Assembly (NCBI GenBank): GCA_965216325.1
Contig: OZ244160.1
Location: 2,464,001-2,528,000 of the forward strand
Direction: 5' to 3'
DNA: 64,000 nucleotides
From: Coraliomargarita sp.
Lineage (GTDB): Bacteria > Verrucomicrobiota > Verrucomicrobiia > Opitutales > Coraliomargaritaceae
Shown: in pieces, positions 11,201 to 21,348 of the stretch
How the letters are laid out: the number at the start of each line of letters is the position of its first letter
Numbering within the stretch: the stretch's first letter is position 1
Made by a program: the position numbers and the translations under genes
Notes under the pieces: generated by a model
What the model was told of the DNA's origin: nothing
The model's database searches: none
What the model saw: only the letters and a program-made list of their open reading frames with translations

Positions 11201-11404
11201 GCGGTCTTCAATGAGTTCAACGATGCCAGACTCGACCTCTTCGGGGGCGGCTCCGGGGTAGGGCACGCGCACCTGGATGAAGTCGAGGTCCAGTTGTGGG
11301 AAGAGCTCGAGCTTAATGCTGCTTGCCGTGAACAAGCCGGCTACGATCACAATCGCAGCAAGCAGGTTGGCAGCGACGCCGTTTTGTGTGAACCAACGAA
11401 TCAT
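8210..11404 (-). CDS. RND efflux permease (AcrB/AcrD/AcrF family)
   Basis: 1064 aa; GIVVDDAIIVGE, GVVVNDSLV and RFRPIVLTSITT motifs. Confidence 0.95.
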   Translation of the reverse strand: MIRWFTQNGVAANLLAAIVIVAGLFTASSIKLELFPQLDLDFIQVRVPYPGAAPEEVESGIVELIEDRIQDLDGIKQITASAAEGHGSLLIEVGRTYNVSELRDKVKVRIDAITNFPEEAEEPVVEELLIRNEVISLAIYGDSDVRVLKEIAEAARDELNAQHNVTQIDLKGIANYEISINVSENSLRRYGLTFNDVVQAVRRSSIDIPGGSIKSRGGEILLRTTGKAYRGTEFANIPILTRADGGIVLVSDVAEIDDGFVDTPLISTFNDKRAVMLRVFAVGDQNTLDVAKSVRAFADAFEARLPAGIEVEAFRDFTFYLKGRLQMLIENGIIGLILVFLVLTLFLRPSLAFFVMIGIPISFLGAVLLLPPLGISINLASLFGFILVLGIVVDDAIIVGESVFTQFQKHGGPGIEASVAGTHKVSIPVTFAVLTTIVAFLPILTLPGFIGKFFYPIPVVVIATLTWSLIESKLVLPYHLTLCKVGSHDRKQLGWLRRQQRKIADGLEHFVAHRYRPVLTWTLRYRYATVVLFTGLLFFMFALIFSKRVPFIFMPKVPSDYIVTQLVMPEGTPIEITEQGLHTLEAGLDALIAEVESKGYDNPFENIVITLGSQPFEGGGPMGGTPEVFSEHIAEIAVELRKREDLMGGGTIEELSAPNLAERWRELMAPIPGAKQISFKANAAGQAGMPIDIQLSGTDFEQLRAASEQLKVVLANYDGLYDIRDNYSSGKREIQLQIKPSAQALGLRMSDLGSQVRAAFYGAEAQRIQRGRDDIKVMVRYPKDERRSVENLEELRIRTADGSEVPFYEVADFEITDGFSTITRVDRRRVINITADANKAVVGIDLVKEELADQKQRGEPDTPGIISTVLADYPELSWSFEGEAREQADVFASLGKMTMVAFFIIFALLAIPLKSYLQPFIVMSVIPFGLIGAIGGHMLMDRPMSILSILGFVALAGVVVNDSLVLVDFINQERRKGVPLRKAIEDSGAMRFRPIVLTSITTFCGLLPLLFETSLQAQFLIPMAISLSFGVLFATLMTLILVPSFYSILEDIHQLLLRCWKSLS

Positions 11405-12540
11405 TGGGCGCTCAGAACGTTGACGGGCATATTCTCGGTGAAGTAGGCGATCGGGCTGATGGCGACGCGGTCGCCGGTTTCGAGACCGCCGTTGATGATG
11501 ACTCGCTCGGCATCACTTTTCACGATGCTGACTTCGCGGGTTTGCAGTGTGTCTGCCGCAGTGACGATATAGACCGAGTTGGAACCGCGCAGGGCGTATC
11601 GTGGAAGTGAATACACCGCCTCGATGCTACGACCTTGCATCTCGGCGTTCACGAACAGTCCACGCTTCATGGGGAGTTGGCCAGAGCCCGGAATTGCGCG
11701 GAAGGGTTCTTCGAGTTCGGCAATGGCATAGATGAGACGGTTGGCGGGATCGATGGTGGCATCCAGCCGTGCAAAGCGTGCCGTCCACTCACGGCGGCCG
11801 CGTGCGGTGTCACGATAGAGCGTGACCTTCGTCGGGCGTTGCTCGGGATCTTCTAAAAAGATCGCTTCGCTGAGTGCGATGGGGAGGCGCACTTCGGCAA
11901 GTTCAGTGGAGTAAATGCGGGCGATGGGGTTGGCGGGATTCGCGACGACATATTGCCCGAGATCGACGTTCTTGGAGAGGACGAGTCCGTCATAGGGTGC
12001 AGTGATCCGCGTGCGGTCGAGGTCGCGCTGGGCTTGGGTGACGGAGGCTTCCGCGCTTTTTACCATGGCTTTGGCCTGTGCGAGTTGTGGCTTACGCAGG
12101 GTGAGCTCACTGGCTTCGCCTTCGCCCATGGCCTCCCAGTCTTCGAGTGCTTGTTCCGCGAGTGCTTGCTCATGGGCCAGTGTTAAGCGGGCGCTGGCCA
12201 GATCGGCTTCGCGCATGGCGAGTGCGGCCTCGTAGTCGGCGCTCTCGATAGTCAGTAAGACTTCGCCCTCCTTGAAGAAGCTGCCCGCGCGGAAGTTCTT
12301 GGAGACCTCAGTGATACGTCCGCTGACTTCGACGGAAATGTCCGACTCGATGGTGGGCAGGACGGTGCCTTGGCTGCGGACAGTGACCTGAACAGTCTGT
12401 GGCTCTGCGGTGATGACTTCGACATTGGTGACCGCACGTTCCGGAGCGACCTTCTTGGCCTCGGGCTTGGTCAGCACCAGAAACGAGACGCCGAGTGCCG
12501 TGGCGATGACAGTGAATACGATGAGTAAGAACTGTTTCAT
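11401..12540 (-). CDS. RND periplasmic adaptor (membrane fusion protein)
   Basis: VSGRI..GEVLL, helical hairpin, ITAPYDG, GLETGDRV; stop overlaps the permease start (ATGA). Confidence 0.93.
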   Translation of the reverse strand: MKQFLLIVFTVIATALGVSFLVLTKPEAKKVAPERAVTNVEVITAEPQTVQVTVRSQGTVLPTIESDISVEVSGRITEVSKNFRAGSFFKEGEVLLTIESADYEAALAMREADLASARLTLAHEQALAEQALEDWEAMGEGEASELTLRKPQLAQAKAMVKSAEASVTQAQRDLDRTRITAPYDGLVLSKNVDLGQYVVANPANPIARIYSTELAEVRLPIALSEAIFLEDPEQRPTKVTLYRDTARGRREWTARFARLDATIDPANRLIYAIAELEEPFRAIPGSGQLPMKRGLFVNAEMQGRSIEAVYSLPRYALRGSNSVYIVTAADTLQTREVSIVKSDAERVIINGGLETGDRVAISPIAYFTENMPVNVLSAQ

Positions 12541-12562
12541 TGGGATGCGGTTCGAGTTAGTT

Positions 12563-12678
12563 GGGTAGGGTCGCCTCGCTGAGGCGACCGTTCTATAATG
12601 AACTCTATTGGCGGATATCTAAGCTTTGGATTGTTTTGCGGTTTGGGCGAACGGCTGCCTCGGCGAGACAGCCCTACC
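12563..12678. repeat. REPIN (GTAGGG-palindrome family) inside the RND operon
   Basis: GGGTAGGGTCGCCTCGCTGAGGCGACCGTTC ... GAACGGCTGCCTCGGCGAGACAGCCCTACC. Confidence 0.8.
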
Positions 12679-12683
12679 TTGGA

Positions 12684-14090
12684 TTAAATGCTTTCGTCGA
12701 AGGGGCCGCCGAGTGCGAGATAGAGGTCGACCCGGTTTTGGAGTAGCAGGTTGCGGACGGTGAGTAGGTTGCTGCGTGCCGTGTTGGCCGTGCGTTGGGT
12801 ATCGAGTGCGTTGATAAAACTGGTGGTGCCGTTGCGATATTTGCTCCAAGCCAGTGACTCGGCGGCGATGGCTTCTTCGGTGGCGGCAAAGAGCTTGGCG
12901 TATTCGCTTTTGAGGTAGGTCTCAGCCGCGAGCGTGGTTTCCACTTCAAGAAAGGCGACGAGTGTGCGGTCTCGGTAATTGAGTAAAGCCTGATCACGCA
13001 GGGATGCGGAGCGGTCGATGTTGGCGCGGATGCGGCCACCTTGGAAGACCGGTTGGCTGAGGTTGCCGGCAATGCTATAGGCGAAGAAGTTGCTGTTAAA
13101 GATGTCTTTGAACTCTTGAGAGCTGTTGCCACCGCTGGCGGTCAGCGCGATGCTGGGGAGCAGCTCTTTTTGTGCTGCGAGCAGTTCTTTATCGGTCGCA
13201 GCCAGTCGGCGCTCTGCTGCGCGCAGATCCGGGCGACGATTAATGAGTTCGGAGGGGATCCCGACGGGCACAGGCGCGGGGAGTGGCGCGAGCTCAGTGT
13301 CGGCTTCGATTTGGGCAGAGGGGTAGCGCCCCAGCACGATTTCCAGACTACGTGCTGCCTGATCGCGGCCGCGGCGACGGGTTTCAACGGCTGCATCGGA
13401 ACCAGCGGCCTGAGTGCGCAGGCGGCGCAGGTCGAGACCTGCGCTCAGCCCACGTTTGAAGCGAGCTTCGAGGGTTTGGGTATTTTGGGAGTAGGCTTCT
13501 GCGGTGTCCTGCGCCAGGGCGAGTTGCGCTTCGGCTTCGACATAGTTGAACCAGCTTTTGACGACTTGAGCGGCGAGGGACTGGCGGGCGGATTGCAGGT
13601 CGGCATTGCTGGCGTCGACCTGAGCCAGTGCGGCTGAGGTGCGATCGCGCACTTTACCCCAGATATCGAGTTCCCAGCTCACGTTTAGGTTGAGCCCATA
13701 GTCTTCAAAGCGAGTGTTGCCTGTGTTCGCCGGGCCAAAGCTGTTGATTTGTCGGCGGGAGGCGTCCAGTCCCAGATTGGCGCTGGGCATGAGATCCGCT
13801 CCCGCGATGCGAGCTTCTGAGATGGCTTGGTTGAGTCGGGCTGCAGTGATTTGTAAGCTGGGGTTGTTCTGTAGGGCTTCGCTGACGAGCTTGTTTAGAG
13901 CGGGGTCGTTGAAGTCGTTGAGCCAAGCGGTAGGGCTACCTTGCTGCGTGATACTGTTTGCAGTCCATTGAGCGGGTTCGTCGACCTCGGGTGCGCTACT
14001 CTGCTCGGGTGCACTGACGCAGCCCATGACTGCTAGAGCGATCAGACTTAATGTCAGTCGGCTGGAAGATTGGATAGAATCGAAATACAC
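12684..14090 (-). CDS. Outer-membrane efflux lipoprotein (NodT/TolC family)
   Basis: Lipobox AVMGC; FNDPALNKLV, SWELDIWG, GIPSELINRRPD, LYLALGG. Confidence 0.93.
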   Translation of the reverse strand: MYFDSIQSSSRLTLSLIALAVMGCVSAPEQSSAPEVDEPAQWTANSITQQGSPTAWLNDFNDPALNKLVSEALQNNPSLQITAARLNQAISEARIAGADLMPSANLGLDASRRQINSFGPANTGNTRFEDYGLNLNVSWELDIWGKVRDRTSAALAQVDASNADLQSARQSLAAQVVKSWFNYVEAEAQLALAQDTAEAYSQNTQTLEARFKRGLSAGLDLRRLRTQAAGSDAAVETRRRGRDQAARSLEIVLGRYPSAQIEADTELAPLPAPVPVGIPSELINRRPDLRAAERRLAATDKELLAAQKELLPSIALTASGGNSSQEFKDIFNSNFFAYSIAGNLSQPVFQGGRIRANIDRSASLRDQALLNYRDRTLVAFLEVETTLAAETYLKSEYAKLFAATEEAIAAESLAWSKYRNGTTSFINALDTQRTANTARSNLLTVRNLLLQNRVDLYLALGGPFDESI

Positions 14091-14189
14091 TTTGTGGAGA
14101 GTATCGCTGATAGAGACAGTGGCTTACGAACCGATTCCTACTAAAGAGTGTAGGACCTCACAAATCTTGGGGGCGATTGGCTTTTGGGC

Positions 14190-14226
14190 AAAAGAAAACC
14201 GCAGCCCGAATCGGGATCTGCGGTTT
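14190..14226 (-). terminator. Intrinsic terminator after ptsH
   Basis: AAACCGCAG-CCCGA/TCGGG-CTGCGGTTT hairpin followed by a T tract on the minus strand. Confidence 0.75.
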
Positions 14227-14249
14227 ATAAAAAGTTGTTTATTGGGCGA

Positions 14250-14552
14250 TTAGGCTTCTTCGAAGCGGCGGTCGAACAGACCTTCGAGCTCGTCGAGCAT
14301 CTTCTCGGCTGTGTCGCTTGGGCCTTCGGTGCGAATTACCAGCTTGGAGCCTTTACCTGCAGCCAGCATCATCAGCCCCATGATGCTCTTGCCGTTGACT
14401 TGCTCATCGTCTTTCTCAACCCACACTTCGCCCGCATAGGTGTTGGCGATGCGCACAATCATTGCAGCTGGGCGGGCATGGATGCCCATCTTGTTTTGCA
14501 CAACAAGTTCTCTGCTCATGGTTTCGTTGGAATCGCTGGTCTCTGAAGTCAT
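14250..14552 (-). CDS. ptsH: Phosphocarrier protein HPr
   Basis: GIHARPA (His15) and NGKSIMGLM (Ser46) motifs; start at ATG14552 or the next Met. Confidence 0.93.
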   Translation of the reverse strand: MTSETSDSNETMSRELVVQNKMGIHARPAAMIVRIANTYAGEVWVEKDDEQVNGKSIMGLMMLAAGKGSKLVIRTEGPSDTAEKMLDELEGLFDRRFEEA

Positions 14553-14784
14553 ATACGTGTGAAAATGCGCAATCGCATTGAATGTATGGCTCGGGGGCCG
14601 ATTTATTAAAGAGCACCTGTTCGGTGCGGTCGGCAACTTTATCGGGCGATTTTTTTAACCGTCAAGGGGTAAATGTGGATGTGAGTGGCAGCTGCTGCAG
14701 TTTTAGTTGCACGGAAATGCATCGTCGAAGCGACATCTTGCCGCTTTCAATTAAGTCCAGAAAGAAGCGGCTGGAAGCACGCGT

Positions 14785-16554
14785 CTAGTCTGAATATTCA
14801 GGGATCAGGTCGCTCTGATGCTGCCAGAGGTCGGCATAATGGCCTTGGGCGGCCAGCAGCTCGTCGTGGGTTCCTGACTCGATAATGCGGCCTTTTTCCA
14901 TGACCACAATTTTGTCCGCACGGCGGACCGTGGAGAGCCGGTGGGCGATGACGAGGACGGTGCGCTCCGCGACCAGATGGTCGAGTGCTTGCTGGATTTT
15001 GCGCTCGGTGATGGTGTCGACGCTGGCGGTGGCCTCGTCCAGAATCACAAAGGGTGGGTTCTTGAGTAGGACGCGGGCGATGGTCAGACGTTGTTTCTCG
15101 CCTTGGCTAAGACGAATGCCTTTTTCGCCGATGTTGGTGTCGAGTTGGTTGGGGAGCGCGGCGACGAATTCCCAAGCGGAGGCTTGTTTGATGGCTTGGG
15201 TGATTTGTTTGTCGGTGGCATCGGCCTTGGCGAGCAGAAGGTTGTCCCGCACGGTGCCTTCGAACAGGAAGGGGTCTTGGGCGACATGACCGACTTTATC
15301 GTGCAGCTCGCTCAGGGAGATGTCGCGGATATCGATGCCGGAAATGGTGACGGTGCCACCGCTGACGTCGTAAGTGCGCATAGCAAGGTTGGCGACGGTC
15401 GATTTGCCGGCACCGGTATGGCCAACGATCGCGGTGACTTTGTTGGCTTCCAGGGTGAGTTCGAAGTCCTCCAATACGGCCGGGCGCTCCGGGTATTTGA
15501 ACTGCACTTGGTCGAAATGGAGCTCAATTGGGCCGGCCGGGAGCGGTTTGGGCTGCGCCGGCTCGTCGACTTCGATCGGTGTGTCGAGCACTTCAAATAC
15601 GCGCTCGCCTGAGGCTCGGCCCGCTGCGATCAGGTGGTTGAGGCCGTGCAGCTGCGAAATCGGCATGTAGAGCATGTTCGCGTAGAGAAAGAAGCCCACG
15701 AGTTTGCCCATCGTGAAGTTCGTGCCTTCCTGTAAGACGAGGTAACCCCCGACGCCCACGATACTGAGGAAGCCGAGCTTCGTGAAGAGGTTGGTGCTGG
15801 GGTGGTAAACCGACCAGCGATACATGGCGCGGACCGTGCGGTCGCGCAAGGTTTCGGCTTTTTCCTCAAAACGGGTTGATTCGCGCGCTTGCAGGCCGAA
15901 GGTTTGGATCAAGCGATTGCCCTGAATGTCTTCGACGAGCAGGCTGTTGAGGTCGGCCGAGCTTTCGCGCACGCCTTTCCAGACGACGCGTGAGCGCTTC
16001 GAGTAGAAGACACCGATGGTGATTAGAATCGGAACCGGCAGGAAGACGCACCAGGCTAAGGCAGGCTCTTTGATGAACAGAATGGTCGTGACTCCGACGA
16101 TGAGGAGGAGGGCGCGGGTGCCTTGTTCAGTGCCGTCCAGGAGGGCGCGCTCCACTTCGGCGACGTCCTCGATGACGCGTGACGAGATCTCACCGCTTTT
16201 ACGCTGATCGTAGAAGGAAACTGGCAGACGCAGTAGTTTCTCGTGCAGGTCGCGGCGCATTTCGACCAATACGCGCTGTTCGAGCGTGTTATTCACGCGT
16301 ATGCGCATACTGTTGAAGAACTCGCTGCCGAAATACAGTAGGGCGATAATACCAACGCCGGAGAGTAGACCTGAGATGGCGTCGACTTCGCCCAGCCCAT
16401 CGATGATCTGCATCACCGCGAGTGGTACAGCGATTTCGAGCAGTGTCATCGCGACTGCCAGACCGATCGTCAGCCAAAACAGGCCCTTGTAGCGGAACAA
16501 GTAGGCTGAGACACGTAGGATGGTGCTCTTTTTCTTCTCTTTCGATGCGCTCAC
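14785..16554 (-). CDS. ABC transporter, fused permease/ATPase (MsbA/MdlA-like)
   Basis: N-terminal TMD; Walker A GHTGAGKS, signature LSQGEKQR, ILDEATAS, IAHRLST. Start uncertain (GTG16554 or ATG16626). Confidence 0.9.
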   Translation of the reverse strand: MSASKEKKKSTILRVSAYLFRYKGLFWLTIGLAVAMTLLEIAVPLAVMQIIDGLGEVDAISGLLSGVGIIALLYFGSEFFNSMRIRVNNTLEQRVLVEMRRDLHEKLLRLPVSFYDQRKSGEISSRVIEDVAEVERALLDGTEQGTRALLLIVGVTTILFIKEPALAWCVFLPVPILITIGVFYSKRSRVVWKGVRESSADLNSLLVEDIQGNRLIQTFGLQARESTRFEEKAETLRDRTVRAMYRWSVYHPSTNLFTKLGFLSIVGVGGYLVLQEGTNFTMGKLVGFFLYANMLYMPISQLHGLNHLIAAGRASGERVFEVLDTPIEVDEPAQPKPLPAGPIELHFDQVQFKYPERPAVLEDFELTLEANKVTAIVGHTGAGKSTVANLAMRTYDVSGGTVTISGIDIRDISLSELHDKVGHVAQDPFLFEGTVRDNLLLAKADATDKQITQAIKQASAWEFVAALPNQLDTNIGEKGIRLSQGEKQRLTIARVLLKNPPFVILDEATASVDTITERKIQQALDHLVAERTVLVIAHRLSTVRRADKIVVMEKGRIIESGTHDELLAAQGHYADLWQHQSDLIPEYSD

Positions 16555-16731
16555 TGTCTTGGACGCAATGCATGCGGGGTGCGTTTGGCAAATCCGAATC
16601 CGTTTTAATCGGGAACGGGGCATCATCTAGTCACTGAAAGTCGAAGCCGCTAATTTCGCTGATTGCACGCTGATATTCACCGCGTGGAGTTCGTATTGCT
16701 CATCAAGGGCACAAAGTTTCTCTGACGAAAT

Positions 16732-16849
16732 GGGTAGGGCCGTCTCGCCGAGACGGCCGTCCGGCAATTGGGCGGGCGCGTTTGTCGCTTGTGTGGATTG
16801 CAAAACAGAATTGGAGAGCGTGTGGCAGCCTCGGCGAGGCTGCCCTACC
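16732..16849. repeat. REPIN (GTAGGG-palindrome family)
   Basis: GGGTAGGGCCGTCTCGCCGAGACGGCC ... GGCAGCCTCGGCGAGGCTGCCCTACC. Confidence 0.8.
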
Positions 16850-16948
16850 GACTCTAGCACTTGTTTATTTAAGGGTTGTCAGTCAACGGATCCCCCCACT
16901 TCTTTATCGGCTTTCATTTGTTTCAGTTTTTTAACCAACACACTTAAC

Positions 16949-17215
16949 ATGTCCGTTCGACTTTACGTAGGTAACCTTTCTTTCGATGCTACTGGCGATG
17001 ATCTTCGCGAAATCTTTGCCAATGCAGGCGAGGTGGAAGACGCGATCATCGTGACACGTCCCGGTGGTGGTCGTCCACGTGGCTTTGGTTTTGTGACCAT
17101 GGCTGACGAAAACGACGCTGCGGAAGCGATCCGTCAGCTGGACGGTCAGGAGTTGGCCGGCCGCCCGCTCAAGGTGAATGTTGCCAAAGAGCGCGAGTCT
17201 TCCGAGGAAGCGTAG
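16949..17215 (+). CDS. RRM-domain RNA-binding protein
   Basis: RNP2 LYVGNL, RNP1 RGFGFVTM, GRPLKVNVA. Confidence 0.92.
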   Translation: MSVRLYVGNLSFDATGDDLREIFANAGEVEDAIIVTRPGGGRPRGFGFVTMADENDAAEAIRQLDGQELAGRPLKVNVAKERESSEEA

Positions 17216-17227
17216 ACTTCTTGTATG

Positions 17228-17358
<131 letters not shown>

Positions 17359-17363
17359 AATGC

Positions 17364-17397
17364 AAAAAGCCCCTGAAGGAGTCCTTCAGGGGCTTTT
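17364..17397. terminator. Bidirectional intrinsic terminator
   Basis: AAAAAGCCCCTGAAGGA-G-TCCTTCAGGGGCTTTT between convergent genes. Confidence 0.85.
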
Positions 17398-17421
17398 GAA
17401 ATATAGGACGCTTCACAAGTG

Positions 17422-18966
17422 CTAGCGAAGCAATCCGGCAAAGGCCGCCGCAGTGGATTGGTATGTGTCAGCTGAGGTCTTTGGCTCGATGGTGCTACCT
17501 GCTTCAGGCTGGCAGAACTGTGCTTCGATCTCGGCGAATGCGATGCCGAGTTCGTTGTTGGCGGCACGCATCGCAGCGCCGAGTCCAACGGAACCACTGA
17601 CCGCCAGTCGCTGGACCTTGGCTTGGAAGATGTCCGCGACGACTTGTGCGATGGCATCGTTTTGGGAGGCTCCACCGGTGAGATAGATGACTTCAGGTTC
17701 GAGCTTCATCCAGGCAACACGTTGTTGCATATTGATGAACTGTCCTTCCACGCAGGCGCGGATCGCGGCATCGGCGTCTTCCCAGGTAGTGAAGCGGTCG
17801 TTGCCTTTAAGCAGTGGCGCGTCGAGTTCAACGCGTGGGCTTATTTCGGGGCGGAAGAAGGGCACCATGACGTTGCCGTCGTTGCCTGCAGGAGTTTTTT
17901 CGAAGGCAGCGGTGAACTGATCCCAGTCGTAGCCGAACTTGTCCTTGACCTCTTCGCGGGCGAGCGAGCCATTGACGAAGCATTGCAGAGACATGGAGCC
18001 GCCGGCAGGGTTGCCGAAGACGTGGCCGCAGCCATCGGGGTCCGCCACGACGCCTGGCATTGCCGCAAAGAAGGTGTCGGAGGTGCCGAGTGAGACGACG
18101 AGCTTGCCGGGCTGGCTGGCGCCCATGCCCACGAGACTGCTTGGATTGTCGCCGGTGAATACGGTGACTGGTGTGTCGGCGCTGAAGCCGAACTTTTCGA
18201 CGAAGTAGTTGGAGATGGTGCCTGCAGTGGTGTTGCCCTGAGCAACCGGGGGAAGCTTTTCCTTGAGGCTTGGCGCGGTGGCTTCGAGTAGGTCGGCATC
18301 CCAGTCCCATTGCTGAATGTTGACCAAGTTCATGCCTGCGCCGTCACCCGTGTCGATTGCGCAGTCAGTTCCGCAAATGACTGAGCAAAGGAATGAGCTG
18401 ACGAGGTGAATGCGCGCAGTTTTTGCGTAAGCGGGGGTATCTTGTTTGTAGAAGCGGCGGATTTGTGGACCCGTGAAACGCTCAATCATGATCGAGCCGG
18501 ATTTTTCGCAGACGGCCTCGTTGCTACCAATGGTTGCTGCGATTTCGGCACACTCTTCACTGGTCGAGCTGTCCATCCAGATTGGTGATGTTGCGCGGCT
18601 CAGGCAGCCTTCAATTTGAGCAGAGAGTGACTGGGCAGTCGAGAGTGAGCTGACGGTCTCGAACCAGTCGCTGTTGAGATAGACTGAGCCGTGCTGTTGG
18701 CCTGCTCCTGAGATGGCGGCTACTCTGGACAGGTCGCACTGTTTGCCTAGGTCTTCGAGCACGAGCTCGAGTGCATCGAGCCACATGCGTGGATCCGAGT
18801 GCACTTCACCATTGGCTCCATCTGGGATGAAGCCGTTCGGGGCGTTGTATTCGGGAAGACGCTCGCCGAAGTTGACGGATGCTTCAGCGATGATAGTGCC
18901 CGCTTGTGTGTCGATCACGATGGCCGAGCAGCTTTGTGTGGAGGAGTCGATACCGAGTGTATACAT
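17422..18966 (-). CDS. xylB: Xylulokinase (FGGY family, eukaryote-like subtype)
   Basis: LGIDSSTQS, GAGQQHGSVY, SPIWMDSST, RFTGPQIR, GDNPSS, SLGTSDT; downstream of xylA. Confidence 0.9.
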   Translation of the reverse strand: MYTLGIDSSTQSCSAIVIDTQAGTIIAEASVNFGERLPEYNAPNGFIPDGANGEVHSDPRMWLDALELVLEDLGKQCDLSRVAAISGAGQQHGSVYLNSDWFETVSSLSTAQSLSAQIEGCLSRATSPIWMDSSTSEECAEIAATIGSNEAVCEKSGSIMIERFTGPQIRRFYKQDTPAYAKTARIHLVSSFLCSVICGTDCAIDTGDGAGMNLVNIQQWDWDADLLEATAPSLKEKLPPVAQGNTTAGTISNYFVEKFGFSADTPVTVFTGDNPSSLVGMGASQPGKLVVSLGTSDTFFAAMPGVVADPDGCGHVFGNPAGGSMSLQCFVNGSLAREEVKDKFGYDWDQFTAAFEKTPAGNDGNVMVPFFRPEISPRVELDAPLLKGNDRFTTWEDADAAIRACVEGQFINMQQRVAWMKLEPEVIYLTGGASQNDAIAQVVADIFQAKVQRLAVSGSVGLGAAMRAANNELGIAFAEIEAQFCQPEAGSTIEPKTSADTYQSTAAAFAGLLR

Positions 18967-19001
18967 GGGTTTGTGAGAGGTGAAAAATGAAGTGTCTGGA
19001 T

Positions 19002-19053
19002 AAAAAAATGAGGGTGAGGTAATCGTGTTAGAACACTTTCACCGTCACCCTCA
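19002..19053 (-). terminator. Terminator-like hairpin between xylA and xylB
   Basis: TGAGGGTGA...TCACCCTCA stem followed by T7 on the minus strand. Confidence 0.6.
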
Positions 19054-19076
19054 CTGTTCACTCTTGTTAATGAGTT

Positions 19077-20381
<1,305 letters not shown>

Positions 20382-20482
20382 AAGACGTTCTATTGAGGTT
20401 GATGTGAAAGCTGAGATTATAGTCTAGTTATCGTAGAATTGGAATTGCGTGGAGCGCCAAATTCTTTGCAGAATTCGTCATT

Positions 20483-21220
20483 ATGGAGCTTGGGGTAGGT
20501 CAAATAGATGTCTGTTCGTTGGAATCGATACTCGCCTTGTTTGATGAGTTGGATGATGTCTTGTTTTGGGTGAAAGACGGAAAACACCGGATATCTGCGC
20601 TGAATCGTGCATTTGCAGAACGAGTCAAATTGCCTGCTGCTGAGATTGTGGGGCGGACTGATCGAGAGCTCTACCATCAGGAGCTTGCAGAAGTCTTTAT
20701 AAAGGATGATCAGCGGGTTTTGGAGTCGGGTGAGCCCATGCGGTATAAGGTCGAATTGCTCACTAGTCGGTTTGGTGGCGTAGAGTGGCGCAATACCACA
20801 AAATTGCCAGTTGTGAATGCAGATGGATTGGTGATTGGCACGACGGGTATTTCGCGGCCTTTGCCGAATGCTTCGGATGCGCTGCCTGCGCCATATCGGG
20901 CCTTCGGCGCAATTGTGGAGTATGCACGTAGTCACCTGTCAGGCCGAGTTACGGTAACGCAGATTGCGGAGCAGGCCGGCATGTCGATTGCCACATTGGA
21001 GCGGCGCTTTCGCGAGCATCTACGTTTGAGTCCGAGGGCCTTTCTTGCGCAGATGCGCTTGTCGCATGCCTGCCAGTTGTTAAGGGATACACCGTTAAAT
21101 ATGGAGGAGATCGCGCTTGAGTGTGGTTATGAGAGCCCCGCTGCATTCTCGCGTGCCTTTCGTCGGGAGATGGAATTGTCTCCGAGTGGCTTTCGGCGGG
21201 CGGTTCGCGCCTCATGTTGA
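20483..21220 (+). CDS. PAS-domain AraC-family transcriptional regulator
   Basis: PAS (FWVKD..N.AF..IVGRTD) plus AraC HTH (IALECGYESPAAFSRAF); divergent from xylA. Confidence 0.9.
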   Translation: MELGVGQIDVCSLESILALFDELDDVLFWVKDGKHRISALNRAFAERVKLPAAEIVGRTDRELYHQELAEVFIKDDQRVLESGEPMRYKVELLTSRFGGVEWRNTTKLPVVNADGLVIGTTGISRPLPNASDALPAPYRAFGAIVEYARSHLSGRVTVTQIAEQAGMSIATLERRFREHLRLSPRAFLAQMRLSHACQLLRDTPLNMEEIALECGYESPAAFSRAFRREMELSPSGFRRAVRASC

Positions 21221-21348
21221 TAAGCGGGTGTAATTGTGGTGATAACCTTAACAGTCGTGGGCTGGCTAAAGGTGGCTTCGTCGGTGGCAATACTTGACAT
21301 CAGTTCTGCGCTATTATCAGGTTCACAAGTTCTAGACATACTTTCCCC

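Noticed and set aside
16730..16948. N-terminal extension of the RRM ORF
   Set aside because: Translates a REPIN; the RRM starts at ATG16949.
21294..21320. TTGACA upstream of the TPR operon (another at 61921 before the tRNA)
   Set aside because: No convincing -10 hexamer at 16-18 bp spacing, so not reported as promoters.
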